A stretch of DNA of 64,000 nucleotides from NCBI GenBank assembly GCA_951406725.2, contig OX597817.1, forward strand, positions 168,578,001 through 168,642,000. The letters run 5' to 3'. The translations under genes were made by a program, and so were the position numbers. The DNA comes from Octopus vulgaris (Eukaryota). Position 1 is the stretch's first letter. Every line of letters begins with the position of its first letter. This document shows positions 39,423-51,647 of the stretch, one piece after another. The notes under the pieces are model-generated. The model searched no databases. It was not told the origin of the DNA and worked only from the letters and a program-made list of their open reading frames with translations.

Positions 39423-41023
39423 TATAATATAAGTGTTTGTGAATCGTATGACAAAACTAGGAAGTGTCATGAGTTTGACAAACACTACATGTTGATGACA
39501 TCACTCCAATAAAGTCACAAACACACAGAGGATAACAACCTCAATAAACGAATTAGGCTCTGACCTCAAATCTGTTAAGAGAGCAGAGTACCTGGTGAGT
39601 TGTAAACTATACATAACATTAAAAGTTCTCAAAGATAAATTTCAACTCAAATGCTGTCTTACAACTCCTATTAAAAGTGATTTGAGTAAAATCAATAATA
39701 TCATATAAGATTTGATTACCTCTAGAATGAAACAAGCCACAAATTTACCCCTTTGAAATAATAGTAGCACCCGAGTCAGAAAGTGCTTTAATGACATCAA
39801 ATATAACTTTAAATTTATTCAATTTGATATCACAGAACTTTACTCTTCCATTACTTAATCACTTTTGCAAAAAGCCTTACATTTCAGTTGTAGATTGATC
39901 AGAGTTTGCATCATAGGCATAACATAATTATCCATGTTAGATACTCCTCTTTTTATGACTCATTTGGCATCAGATGTTGTTGTAAAGACTATTCAAAATC
40001 TTTTGTTGGTTTCTTTGATGAAATTATGCTAACAGATTTATTCATCCTGAACTCCAGACAAAATTTCACCCTCTAAAGATTAACCAAGATGATCAACTAA
40101 TACATAATATCTCAAAACAAGAATGCGCTTCACTAAAATAAGATTGCATCTTTTAACAAATCAATTAAGCTTAGGAAAGTAATTGATATGTTGAAAGACA
40201 TTAACCCCAGAACCACTGTTAACACCAACACCAGTGTTGTTAATTTCTTACATATAATCTTGATTTAAAATTTTGGCTCAAGGCCAGCAATTTTGGAGAA
40301 GGGGCTAAGTTGATGACATCAACCTCATTACGCAACTGGTACTTATTTTATCAGCCATGAATGGGTGAAAGGCAAAGTCAATCTTGGCAGCATTTGAACT
40401 CAATGTAAATATGGGAGAAATACTGCTATGCATTTTGCCCAGCATGCTAACGATTCTGCCAGCTCACTGCCTTACGTATAATCTTACACATGATCTAAGA
40501 CTTAAATTCTAGAAAATGTAACCCATACAAAAATCTCACTGATGCTTAAAAATATATTTATTTCTTTACTACCCACAAGGGGCTAAACACAGAAGGGACA
40601 AACAAGGACAGACAAAGGGATTAAGTCGATTACATTGATCCCAGTGCGTAACTGGTACTTAATTTATCAACCCCGAAAGGATGAAAGGCAAAGTCGACCT
40701 CGGCGGAATTTGAACTCGGAACGCAACGACAGACGAAATACGGCTACGAATTTCGCCCAGTGTGCTAACGTTTCTGCCAGCTCGCCGCCTTCAAAATATA
40801 TTAACATATGCCTCCTCTACCTTCCCACTATTAAAAAGCATGATTAAGGAATCCCTGCTATATTGTCATTTTATTGGTCTGCCAATTATTTTAATGAAAT
40901 ATTACAAAGAAGTGAGTCTAAAGGTAAAGTACATTACATATAAAAAGGGACCACTGTAAACACATGCAAAAATAGTAAACAAAAAAAAACAAACAAAGAT
41001 CATATCAAAAACAAGATCATATA

Positions 41024-41183
41024 GGTGTAGGAGTGGCTGTGTGGTAAGTAGCTTGCTTACAACCACATGGTGCCGGGTTCAATCCCACTGCATAGTACCT
41101 TGGGCAAGTGTCTCCTACTATAGCCTTGGGCCAACCAAAGCCTTGTGAGTGGATTTGGTAGACGGAAACTGAAAGAAGCCTGT

Positions 41184-41238
<55 letters not shown>

Positions 41239-41629
41239 TTGTCCCCCCAACATCACTTGACACCCGAAGCTGGTGTGTTTATGTCCCTGTAACTTAGTGG
41301 TTCGGCGAAAGAGACCAATAGAATAAGTACTAAACTTACAAAGAGTAATCCTGGGGTCGATTTGCTCGACTAAGGGCGGTGCTCCAGCATGGCCACAGTC
41401 AAATGACTGAAGCAAGTAAAAGAGAATATTTGTGTTTGTGTGTATGTTTGTCCCCCCCAACATCGATTGACAACCGATGGTGGCGTGTTTATGTCATTGT
41501 AACCTAGCAGTTCAGCAAAAGAGACCGATAGAATAAGTACTAGCCTTACAAAGAATAAATCCTGGGGTCGATTTGCTTGACTGAAGGTGGTTCTCCAGCA
41601 TGGCCACAGTCAAATGACTGAAATGAGTA
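41024..41629 (+). mobile_element. SINE family B with duplicated 3' half, inserted in the Penelope fossil
   Basis: Flanked by TSD aagatcatata near 41013 and 41630. Confidence 0.85.
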
Positions 41630-41955
41630 AAGATCATATAGTTTAACCCACCATTGAGCTATATGATCTTCACATGGTTCAATCCACCTTTCACCTTAAA
41701 TGCTAGTTCTAATATCACCTGATCTCTTCTACACCTAAAAAAGAAATATTTTCCCCATGGTTTGTAAATTCAAAACGATCTTTAAGAAAACCACTGTCAG
41801 TAGTAGCTACAGATGCTCTGACAGTTTTGCTGCTTCTAAATACAGAAAAATCTAACACACCCAAATACTCAAAATTTAACCTCTTGAATAACTGCCATAA
41901 CAACAATACATGCCTACTTAACAGTAAAAGCTTAAAATATTGTATATTGTATAAA

Positions 41956-41995
41956 GATCTCTGATGAAAACAATAGGGATGCAAAACATTAGATC
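41956..41995 (+). ncRNA. Decayed minimal hammerhead at the 3' end of the Penelope-like fossil
   Basis: GATCT-CTGATGA-(15 nt)-AAAA-CATT-AGATC; cAAAACATT equals cGAAACGTT after two CpG-type transitions. Confidence 0.5.
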
Positions 41996-42074
41996 AGTTT
42001 GCAGGAAATATCTTTAAAACAGCGTATAAGTGGCATAGTTTTTCACTCATACACAAAGAAAGGATCCTCTCTGA

Positions 42075-42154
42075 ATATATATATATATATATATGTATTT
42101 ATATGTATGTACATACGTGTATATATATGTATATATGTGTATACATATATATGC

Positions 42155-42188
<34 letters not shown>

Positions 42189-42475
42189 GTGTGTGTACGT
42201 ATGTATGTTGTATATTTTTGTGTATGTATGGATGTGTGTATATATATATATGTGTGTGTGTGTGTGATTGTATGTATACTTATATGTCTGTATGTATGCA
42301 TATATATGTGTATGTATGCATATACATGTGTACATGTTTGTGTATGTATGTATGTGTGTATGTATGCATATATATATATATATATGTGTGTGTGTGTATG
42401 TATATGTGTACATGTATATGTGTGTATATGCATAATATATACTTACACACATGTACATTTGTGTATGTGCGTGCG

Positions 42476-42524
<49 letters not shown>

Positions 42525-42740
42525 CTGCATGCCTATGTAAGGGCTTGGATGTGCGTGTATACATGCACACACCCTTGCATACACATAGACATAAAAGCAT
42601 ATATTCCATATATATATTTGCATATATTCTCTGTCATACATTTTCCAGTACTTCAAACACATTTTGGAATTGCTTTCACTTTCTCCCATACACGCAGGTG
42701 TATGTACATATTTGTGCATGTGTATATATGTGTATATATG
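42075..42740. repeat. Mixed (TA)/(TG)/(CA) microsatellite region
   Basis: Direct inspection. Confidence 0.9.
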
Positions 42741-43053
42741 TGTTTATTCACTCAAATCTGGGTGTTTTGTGCTTCTATGCAATCCCTTTCACAAATGCAT
42801 GTATGTTTTTCCCACATGCATATATGAGGCTTTGACAATAAATCACCTTTATGGGATTTCAAATCTGAGAATTGTTATCATGTGACTATAAACTGTATTT
42901 TAAAAATTGATCCACAAGAATCCATTTCACATCATCATTTAACGTCTGTTTGCCATGCTGGCATGGTTGGATTGTTTGACTGAAAACTGGATAGCCAGAG
43001 AGTTACATTTGGCTCTGATTGTTTTGGCATGGTTTCTATGGCTGGATGCCTTT

Positions 43054-43488
43054 CGTGCAACCAAACGCATACCCTCCATCAGACACCTACCATATTCTGA
43101 GAGCCTTGTTTCCCTGGGCATGGATTCACTGAAGCTCCGGCGTCTGGCGACGGACTTGGTAAACACCCACAAAGTTGTCAACCACCTCACCAACAACAAC
43201 ACTGAACACCTTTTTGATCTCCATGTGTCTAACACATGTGGACATGCCTACAAAGTCAGAAAACAACACAGCTCCCATGACTTTCGGAAACATTTCTTCA
43301 CGCTCAGGGTTGCTGAAGCATGGAATAAACTGCCTGCGTCAGTTGTTGATTGCCATGACACTGCATCCTTTAAGGCCCTCATGCTTCCCGAAATCCGTCG
43401 AAACTACACCTGATTATATATGCACTTTAGATGAGTTGTAGTGCACCTGAGCACTGTACACAATGTTTATTATTATTATTATTATTAT
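43054..43488 (+). mobile_element. 5'-truncated CR1-clade LINE 3' end with (TAT)n tail, inserted in a family A element
   Basis: RATKRIPSIRHLPYSE..RRLATDL..GHAYKV..FFTLRVAEAWNKLP; splits the host motif gctggatgccttt / taatgtcaaccac. Confidence 0.85.
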
Positions 43489-43504
43489 AATGTCAACCAC
43501 TTTA

Positions 43505-43966
43505 TAGAGTTAGCCAGCCCACTTATGCATACCTTTCCTTCTTGTGACACAAGCCCTACTTGTGTAGACCTGTTGAGGCAAGTGAAAATGAAAATCAAAA
43601 TCGAAATCGATCAACATCAATGGAAATTGTAGCTGTGATACCAGTGCCGATGGCACATAAGGGAACCATCCGAACGTGGCCGTTGCCAGTGCCGCGCCGA
43701 CTGGTTTCCGTGCCAGTGGCACGTAAAATGCACCATCCGATTGTGGCTGTTGCCAGCCTCGTCTGGCTCCGTGCTGGTGGCACGTAAAAAGCACCCACTA
43801 CACTCACGGAGTGGTTGGCGTTAGGAAGGACATCCAGCTGTAGAAACTCGACCAGATCAGACTGGGCCTGGCACAGCCTTCTGGCTTCTCAGACCCCAGT
43901 TGAACCGTCCAACTCATGCTAGCATGGAAAACGGATGTTAAACGATGATGATGATGATGATGATGA
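43505..43966 (+). mobile_element. SINE-like family A
   Basis: Family body plus (ATG)n tail. Confidence 0.85.
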
Positions 43967-44149
43967 TTGAGTGTTCTTTACATGACACTGGCGTGCTGCA
44001 GTCCACTCAGCTGGCAAAAATGAGTAACTCAGCGATGGACTGGCGTCCCGTCCAGCCGGGGAACACGTACGCCATAGAAACTGGGCCCATGAGCCTGGCT
44101 AGGCTTTAAAAGGGTGCATTTTTTATCTTTATACTGTTTATATTATTTG

Positions 44150-44720
44150 GACTGGTGTCCTCATCTCGATTGTTCATTTTACTATATTTTGCCAGCTTTC
44201 TTCAGATGTCTTGTGTTGAACTTGATTGTTGTATCAGAATTTCTAATCTAACCATTTATTTGATCCACAGAGGTGTGTGTATGTGTGTGTGTTACACTGT
44301 TCTCATTCCTGCTCTCTGCATTTCATGACAGCTTTTGCTTCAGTTAATTATTTTTGTGAATTATCTTTGTACCTTGCCTGGGAATGAACTCATTAACGAA
44401 TGTCTTTAACTACTATGCTATGAGCATATGCAGTAGATAAAGATGTTGGTTAACGCAGTGCGGTCACCTAGCAGTTCTGAGTTCAATTTCAGGCAAGGTA
44501 CTAAGGTAATTTACAAAAAAAAAAAAAAATTGACTGAAACAAAAATTGTCATGAGATGCAGAGAGTGCAATGAGAACACTGTATTCCCATGGCTCAAATA
44601 AAGGGTTAGGTTCAAAATTCCGATACAGCAACTGAGTTCAACACAAGACACCTGAAGAAGGCTGGAGCATACAACAGCTGAAAGGTAGTGAAATCAATAA
44701 TCAAGATGAGGACACCAGTC
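44150..44720. mobile_element. ~570 bp degenerate fold-back element with hammerhead-like motif (Penelope pLTR-like)
   Basis: gactggtgtcctcatct/agatgaggacaccagtc, tgtcttgtgttgaact/agttcaacacaagaca, gtaccttgcctg/caggcaaggtac; apex near 44420. Confidence 0.75.
44649..44690 (+). ncRNA. Minimal hammerhead-like motif
   Basis: CAC-CTGAAGA-A-GGCTG gagcatacaa CAGCT-GAAA-GG-TA-GTG. Confidence 0.6.
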
Positions 44721-44745
44721 TAACTGTTTATATTATAAACAGTAT

Positions 44746-45128
44746 GGAGGCGCAATGGCCCAGTGGTTAGGGCAGCGGACTTCACGGTCGTAGGATCGCG
44801 GTTTCGATTCCCAGACCGGGCGTTGTGAGTGTTTATTGAACAAAAACACCTAAAAGCTCCACGAGGCTCCGGCAGGGGATGGTGGTGATCCTTGCTGTAC
44901 TCTTTCACCACAACTTTCTCTCACTCTTACTTCCTGTTTCTGTTGTACCTGTATTTCAAAGGGCCAGCCTTGTTACTCTCTGTGTCACGCTGAATATCCC
45001 CGACAACTACGTTAAGGGTGCACGTGTCTGTGGAGTGCTCAGCCACTTGCACGTTAATTTCACGAGCAGGCTGTTCCGTTGATCGGATCAACCGGAACCC
45101 TCGTCGTCGTAACCGACGGAGTGCTTCC
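44746..45128 (+). mobile_element. Full-length tRNA-derived SINE family D with 14 bp TSD
   Basis: A box tggcccagtggttagg, B box gtttcgattccc; TSD attataaacagtat at 44732-44745 and 45129-45142. Confidence 0.92.
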
Positions 45129-46855
45129 ATTATAAACAGTATACATAATCCCAAGCTGCAGAAAGGAGTTGCAATATTGCTGGTACCAAGCCATATTGGC
45201 TTTTACCTTTCCCTTGGATAACATCAGTGGTATGGAGAGGGGAAGTTGGTATGTATGAGCGACTGCTGGTTTTCCATAAACAACCTTGCCCAGGATTGTG
45301 CCTCAGAGGGTAATTTTCTAGGTGCAATCCCATGGTCACTCATGTCCGAAGGGGGTCTTTACACTTTGCCCTCTTAATTCCAGTTGTTGGTGGAACTCAT
45401 TTACAGCCGAGTTGACTGGAGCAAAATGAAATGATTTGGTCAAAAATACAATGCCTCTCCTAGTTCAAGGAAAATACAAGTGAGATTAGAAATCTACCAC
45501 TGAAACAGTAACCCCCAAATTCCTTCAACAACGGAGCAAAGAAAAAGTAAGAAAAGGATTAAGCAATGAAAGAAAAAAGGGACGAGGAAGGAGTAATAGG
45601 CTGTATCCCCCTAGTCTTAATGGTATGTTTCGCTGTGTCCAATGAACATACGAGGGAAGGCATTGATTGCTGTGAACAGTGCCCAGTGATACTTGCTGCA
45701 ACAGCCACTCAGCCTTGCAGAGTTCATTTCTCAGATGAGCTGCTGTTGTCCTGATTTTACAGAATAAACCAGCTATGCAGAATCTGAGAACACCTGAGGT
45801 CCATACAGCTACCAGACTGAACAGATAGCAGCTGATCAAACTCTGATGTTTAGTTATCTTCCTCTCTTCAACATTATGGGCAGCGATACCTGGGTTTGTG
45901 ACTAATTGGCTAGGTTGGGGGTGAAGAATGTGTCACATTGCATCACCAGTTAAGGATTTACCGACTTAATCTGGAACACATTCAAAAATCAAAAACATGA
46001 TGTTAAAATTATGAGTGCACCCATCTAACCACAAGGCCTCATATTTATTGCAAAAGGAAGAATTAAATCATTGAAAAGGCTACAGATTTATAACAAAGAG
46101 TTGTTAACAAATTAAACAAACTAATCAATAATTGATTAATACATTAGTTAATGCTATCAATAAAGAGATGAACCACAAGCATATTTTTGTAAAAATCCAT
46201 TAACATTTGTTTGGAAAAATAAAGTTATTAAATCTATCATAATCATTGTTTCTAGACTTGCACAGTCTCATCTTCAGGATGTAAATTTATCACAGGTGTG
46301 TGTGTGTGTCTGTCTTGTTGTGAAAATAGGTAAATTTTTTTGACATTTAGTTGGAATTTGATCATTGTGTTTATATCATTAGTCACATCCCTTTTGTTTG
46401 TGATGTTTGCATGTATTGACTGTGTTCTCTGTGTTTGTATTTTGGCATTGCGTTCTGTTATAAGCCTCTATCTATCTATCTATCTATCTATATATATATA
46501 TATATATACATACACAACATGTATATGTAATGTATAGATGTATGTAATGTATATATGTGTGTAATGTATGTATGTATGAATACATGATATATGTTCATAG
46601 TGTATATATGCATGTATAAAAGCAATCAGTTAACAGATGACACTAGATGTCACTGAGGATAACTATCACCTATCACATGACTTGGAAGACAAAGATGGGT
46701 GCCAGATCAATGTCATTCACATCCAAATAAACTCAACCTCATGATGACAATCTCTCTCTCTCACACACATATTCATACATACATACATACATACATATAC
46801 ATATAAATACACACACACACACACACACAACTATATATATATATATATATATATA

Positions 46856-47276
46856 CTCTTTACTCTTTTTTTTACTCTTTTACTTGTTTCAGTCATTTGA
46901 CTGTGGCCATGCTGGAGCACCGCCTTTAGTCGAGCAAATCGACCCCGGGACTTATTCTTTGTAAGCCCAGTACTCATTCTATCGGTCTCTTTTGCCGAAC
47001 CGCTAAGTGACGGGGACATAAACACACCAGTATCAGTTGTCAAGCAATGCTAGGGGGACAGACACAGACACACAAACACACACACGCATACATATGCATA
47101 TATATACATATATACGACAGGCTTCTTTCAGTTTCCGTCTACCAAATCCACTCACAAGGCATTGGTCGGCCCGGGGCTATAGCAGAAGACACTTGCCCAA
47201 GATGCCACGCAGTGGGACTGAACCCGGAACCATGTGGCTGGTTAGCAAGCTACTTACCACACAGCCACTCCTGCGC

Positions 47277-47277
<1 letters not shown>
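46856..47277 (-). mobile_element. SINE family B, full length
   Basis: Ends cagccactcctgcgcc, the reverse complement of the head. Confidence 0.88.
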
Positions 47278-47311
<34 letters not shown>

Positions 47312-47319
47312 CATATATA

Positions 47320-47401
47320 CAGTAATCCCTTGACTATTGTGGGTGTTATGTTCCCAAAACCCTCACAATAGGCGAGCAGTGATATAGTGAGGGATTATGG
47401 T
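47320..47401. mobile_element. Short pogo/Tigger-like MITE remnant; related end at about 50935-50983
   Basis: TA-CAGTAATCCCT...AGGGATTATGG-TA. Confidence 0.55.
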
Positions 47402-47831
47402 ATATATACATATATATTAATAGTTATATATATATATATATCTTTGATATCATCTGAGTAAGCCTGTTCATTCTATCTTCTTGCATCATTATTTTATTTA
47501 TATCATCATCATCATCATCATATATATATATATATATATATATAATTATATACATGTGTATGAATGTATATATATTTATCTATGTGTGCGTGTTTGTGTG
47601 TGTGTATCTTAGGCTGACTCTTGAATATACAAATAAACTATGATTACATTGGTAATGATTCTGACTGGGGTAGTATCAATCTTAGTATGATGAAGAATAT
47701 TGCACATATAAACAAAATTCTAAGGTAGTTACTATTTTTCTGCATACATAATTAATTTTATATATGTGTATATGTATGTTAGTATGTATATTAATAATGC
47801 ACAGTCACACACACTAAGGCACACACATGCA

Positions 47832-47862
<31 letters not shown>

Positions 47863-47934
47863 CTTAATCTGCTTGTGAAATATTTAAGTGTCTATACATG
47901 AATATATCTATGTGCATCATTTTTAATGTATATT

Positions 47935-47988
<54 letters not shown>

Positions 47989-48213
47989 CTGTGTGTATAT
48001 GTCTTAATTTAAATTTTAATATATATATATATATATAGACACATACATATGCAAAGAATTATATGTGCAGTGATGTACAGCTGCTATTGGCTGATGCATA
48101 ACTACTTTTATATCAGTGGTGCACATGAATGCACCATTTGTGTGCACCATCTGTTAAAGTTTTGGGTCCATTTCTTTACTGATATTAATGTGTGTGTGTG
48201 TGTTATTTCCCAA

Positions 48214-48250
<37 letters not shown>

Positions 48251-48388
48251 GTGTGTGTTTGTGTGTGTATGCGCTCACTGCTAGAATGGGAGGGTGGGGT
48301 GGTGGTGATGCGCAGCAAAAGAAAGACAAGCGAACACGATGAAATAGAAATTTATGAAGAATGCAACACTTCATAACAATGGTAATAG

Positions 48389-48444
<56 letters not shown>

Positions 48445-48497
48445 GTTAAAAATATGATCAAATGATCAATATATGAATAAAAAATACCGTGTGTGTG

Positions 48498-48542
<45 letters not shown>

Positions 48543-48830
48543 TCATAAACATACACATTCTCATGTACATATATTTATGCACACAGTGTGTGTGTGCGCA
48601 TAGACACATATAGTTACATATACACTGTATGTGTGGTGTGTGTGTGTGTGGGTGTGTATGTGTGCGTATACATTATGTATACGTATGTTTGTGCATGTGT
48701 AGTATATATATCATCATCATCATCTTTACTTTCAGTGTTTTATGTCTGCTTTTCCTTAGTGGCAGGGGCTAATCCCAGAACCATGATGCTGGTAAGCTAA
48801 CTTCTTACCATAAAGCCACACCTTCACCTA

Positions 48831-48870
<40 letters not shown>

Positions 48871-49162
48871 GGTCCCGGGTTGATTCGGGGTTAACCACAG
48901 TAAGTAAGGTACTCAATACATAGCAGAGTAAAATTAATTTATTATATAGAAGGATTTTTTTTATATATTTTTTTATTTTTTATTTTTTTATTTTTTTATT
49001 TTATTTTTTTATTTATCTATTCTTTCATCTAACTTACCACTGACTCCTTGACCACTCCCCCAAGTATGATATTTTGCGCTATGCCTACCCCCAAAAAGTC
49101 CCCCACCACCACTCCTTTAAACCTGCCTAAATGTATAAATGCTAATACAATTCTTGTTAAAT

Positions 49163-49213
49163 AGCTTCCTGAAGATTTCTCTTGAATGAAACAGTACTAG
49201 TCCTGTAGAAGCT
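49163..49213 (+). ncRNA. Complete type I hammerhead ribozyme fold
   Basis: Stem I AGCTTC/GAAGCT, core CTGAAGA, stem II TTC-tctt-GAA, GAAA, stem III ACAG/CTGT with loop tactagtc, cleavage triplet GUA (49205-49207). Confidence 0.75.
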
Positions 49214-49358
49214 CCTTCTATATAATAAATATATATATATATATATATATAGGAAATAGTCTAATATTTCTTTAGTCATTACACAGTGATCACATATAAA
49301 TTTTAAGCTTATAAAATACTATTATATATTGCCAGCATGGAAGGTGAACATTAAATGG

Positions 49359-49401
<43 letters not shown>

Positions 49402-49476
49402 AATATATTGATTGAAGTAGGCAATATGACAATTTTCCATATTGACTGGCTGATTTACCCTGTTCTTCCAGAATCA

Positions 49477-49521
<45 letters not shown>

Positions 49522-49535
49522 CATATATATATATA

Positions 49536-49905
49536 CTAGCAGTATCGCCCGGCGTTGCTCGGGTTTGTAAGGGAAATAACTATAAAGAATTTTTAGAGAG
49601 TTATAGCCAAAAAATGGGAAAAAAAATGATGGTAAATTTTTTTTAGTTAAAAAGGTCGAGTTGCGTCCCCTAGACAGTCTGTGGTTTGTGTTTCTGATTC
49701 TCGACCCCATGTCGAATTTATCGATTTTTTTTCAGAACTGGGAGAACTTTTCAAAATTTTCGCTGCGTTAGTTTTGAATTATGACATTGGGCTATGTGTG
49801 TGTCAAGTTTCATCAGAATCGGTTGAAAGCCGTGGTCAGGGTGAGGGTACAACCTAACAGACACACAGAAACACACACAGACAAACTGCCGTTTATATAT
49901 AGAGA
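49536..49905 (-). mobile_element. Non-autonomous Helitron-like element H2
   Basis: Reverse complement of 39038-39422 with CTAG end. Confidence 0.85.
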
Positions 49906-50007
49906 TATATATATATATCTGTTCTTTCAACATGTGATCTCTTGAGCACCACCAGCAAAAATATTTTTTTCCTCTGTCTTCCCTTCTTGGGATCTTACCT
50001 TCTCCTT

Positions 50008-50042
50008 GTTTCCGACGAAGAGCTCCGCTCGAAACGTTAAAC
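50008..50042 (+). ncRNA. Minimal hammerhead-like motif in a cassette at about 49920-50140
   Basis: GTTT-CCGACGA-A-GAGC tcc GCTC-GAAA-CG-TT-AAAC; U4C variant. Confidence 0.6.
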
Positions 50043-50135
50043 CCTCCTTCCCTTCTTTCCTGAGCGTCAAATAATACTTTAATTGTTCCACGTCCTCGCG
50101 TTGCTGTGTTTTTTTCTGTGTTTTCTTGTTTGGAT

Positions 50136-50172
<37 letters not shown>

Positions 50173-51361
50173 CAAAATGGGACAAGAATGTAAAATATCC
50201 GGACAACTAGGTGATACAAAAAGGGACAACAAAACATCCAGATAGACAATAAAAAAAAACAAGGCCGGGTCATTCGAAGCTTCCTATCCTCAATCAAGAA
50301 CCGGATCATCCTTGCAATTTCGGCTGATTAATCTTGAGATTGCTCCAATCTGGCCAGCCCCAAGGAAAAACTAAGCTAAGAGCATTAGATTCCTTGGAAG
50401 AAAGCATCGAATGTATACGAAAACAAGGACGGAAAAACAGACGATGTTACACGAATATAAATACAAAAATACAATAAAAATAATAATAATAATAATAATA
50501 ATAATATAATAACACTTCCAGTCTTTACTGACTGGAAGCGTTATCATGTACATTGTTTTGTCTTGGTATAAAAGCAAATATTCTGCTTAATACCACAGAT
50601 TTGCTTGTCAGTTGTTTGACCGTCACCAGTTGAGCATGTCCCTTAGTGGCTGACGATATGTGCATCTCTGATCACGAGTAGAAGTAGCCATGTGTTGAGA
50701 GGGATTCTTTGGGGTTTTAATGATTCACCTCTGGAAACATGGGTGTTTCATTCAACATCCTTAAACAACCCTTAATCAGGGACCTTTTGAGTGGGATGGG
50801 TTACTCGACCAGAAGAAAATTCTTACTGAGCCCTACCTGCAAGGTCATGCGCTGTTTATCTTGATATAAGATCACCATGTCGCGCACATATGGTTGTGAT
50901 GCATGTGCCTGGTGTACCCTTATCAGACAGGTTTTTGGAGGGTTTTTGGAACATAACACCTGCAATAGTCGAGGGATTACTGTATGTATGTACATGTATA
51001 TATATGTGTGTGTGTGTGTGTATGTATTTATATGTATGCATGTATGTATATATACTGGGCTTCGTATATTTGTACCCCAGTGTCACTTTGATGGCATGCA
51101 CTGCTCTTTCACTCAATAATAATAATAATAATAATAATAACAGAACATAGCATGAATTATCATGAATGTTCTTTGACCAAATTTTGACATCAGAAAAAGA
51201 GCCAACATGAATAGAATGTAGTGTTAAACTCCTAAGGTTTCTTATCATACTTTGAAACCAGGAATCAATACTGAAATAGTATGTCATTTAAAGATCCATA
51301 TTGCATAACTACCTTTTAAACTGGCTACATCACTTGAGAAAAGTTTCACTGAAACCCTTAG

Positions 51362-51573
51362 CCCTTTAGCATTTAAACAGGTCATATCCGGCCAAAATAT
51401 TCTATCTGTTTTATGCTTAAACTGACCAGATATGGCCTTTCATACCTACCCTACAATATCAACATTACCAGTTACCCCATCAAAATCTCATTGGTACAAG
51501 ATGATTCATGATTAGTTAAAAACAATGTGGCTGAATAAGCATTACATTTGACAATGATCTGAATGCTAATGGG
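51362..51573. mobile_element. Older copy of the piggyBac-type MITE
   Basis: TTAG|CCCTTTAGC...GCTAATGGG|TTAA; internal similarity to 28119-28337. Confidence 0.75.
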
Positions 51574-51647
51574 TTAAAGGATGCATTCATATCCCTCTTT
51601 CTAATGTTTCAGACAAATCATCTGGAAAAAGTTATAACCAGGGTAAT

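Larger units (their letters stand above)
39540..42000 (+). mobile_element. Decayed Penelope-like element (Neptune-type), interrupted by SINEs
   Basis: Ordered motifs KSDLSKI, FIQFDITELYSSIT*SLLQKALHF, VGFFD, INQDDQL, VVNFLHIIL, KII*FNPP / WFNPPFTLNASSNI, KYFPH..KTIFKKTTVSSSYRC, TEK..NLLN, then a hammerhead relic. Confidence 0.75.

Noticed and set aside
41999-42835. Long Y/I/C/V/H/T ORFs here and at 55671-56660 and 63103-63995
   Set aside because: Dinucleotide and tetranucleotide microsatellite artefacts
48114-48153. miRNA-like hairpin cagtggtgcacatgaatg-cac-catttgtgtgcaccatctg
   Set aside because: About 19 bp stem and 3 nt loop, too short for a pre-miRNA; no other support
50170-50490. Possible minus-strand hammerhead in this repeat
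   Set aside because: GGCTG..CAGCC-GAAA is present but no convincing CUGANGA in register
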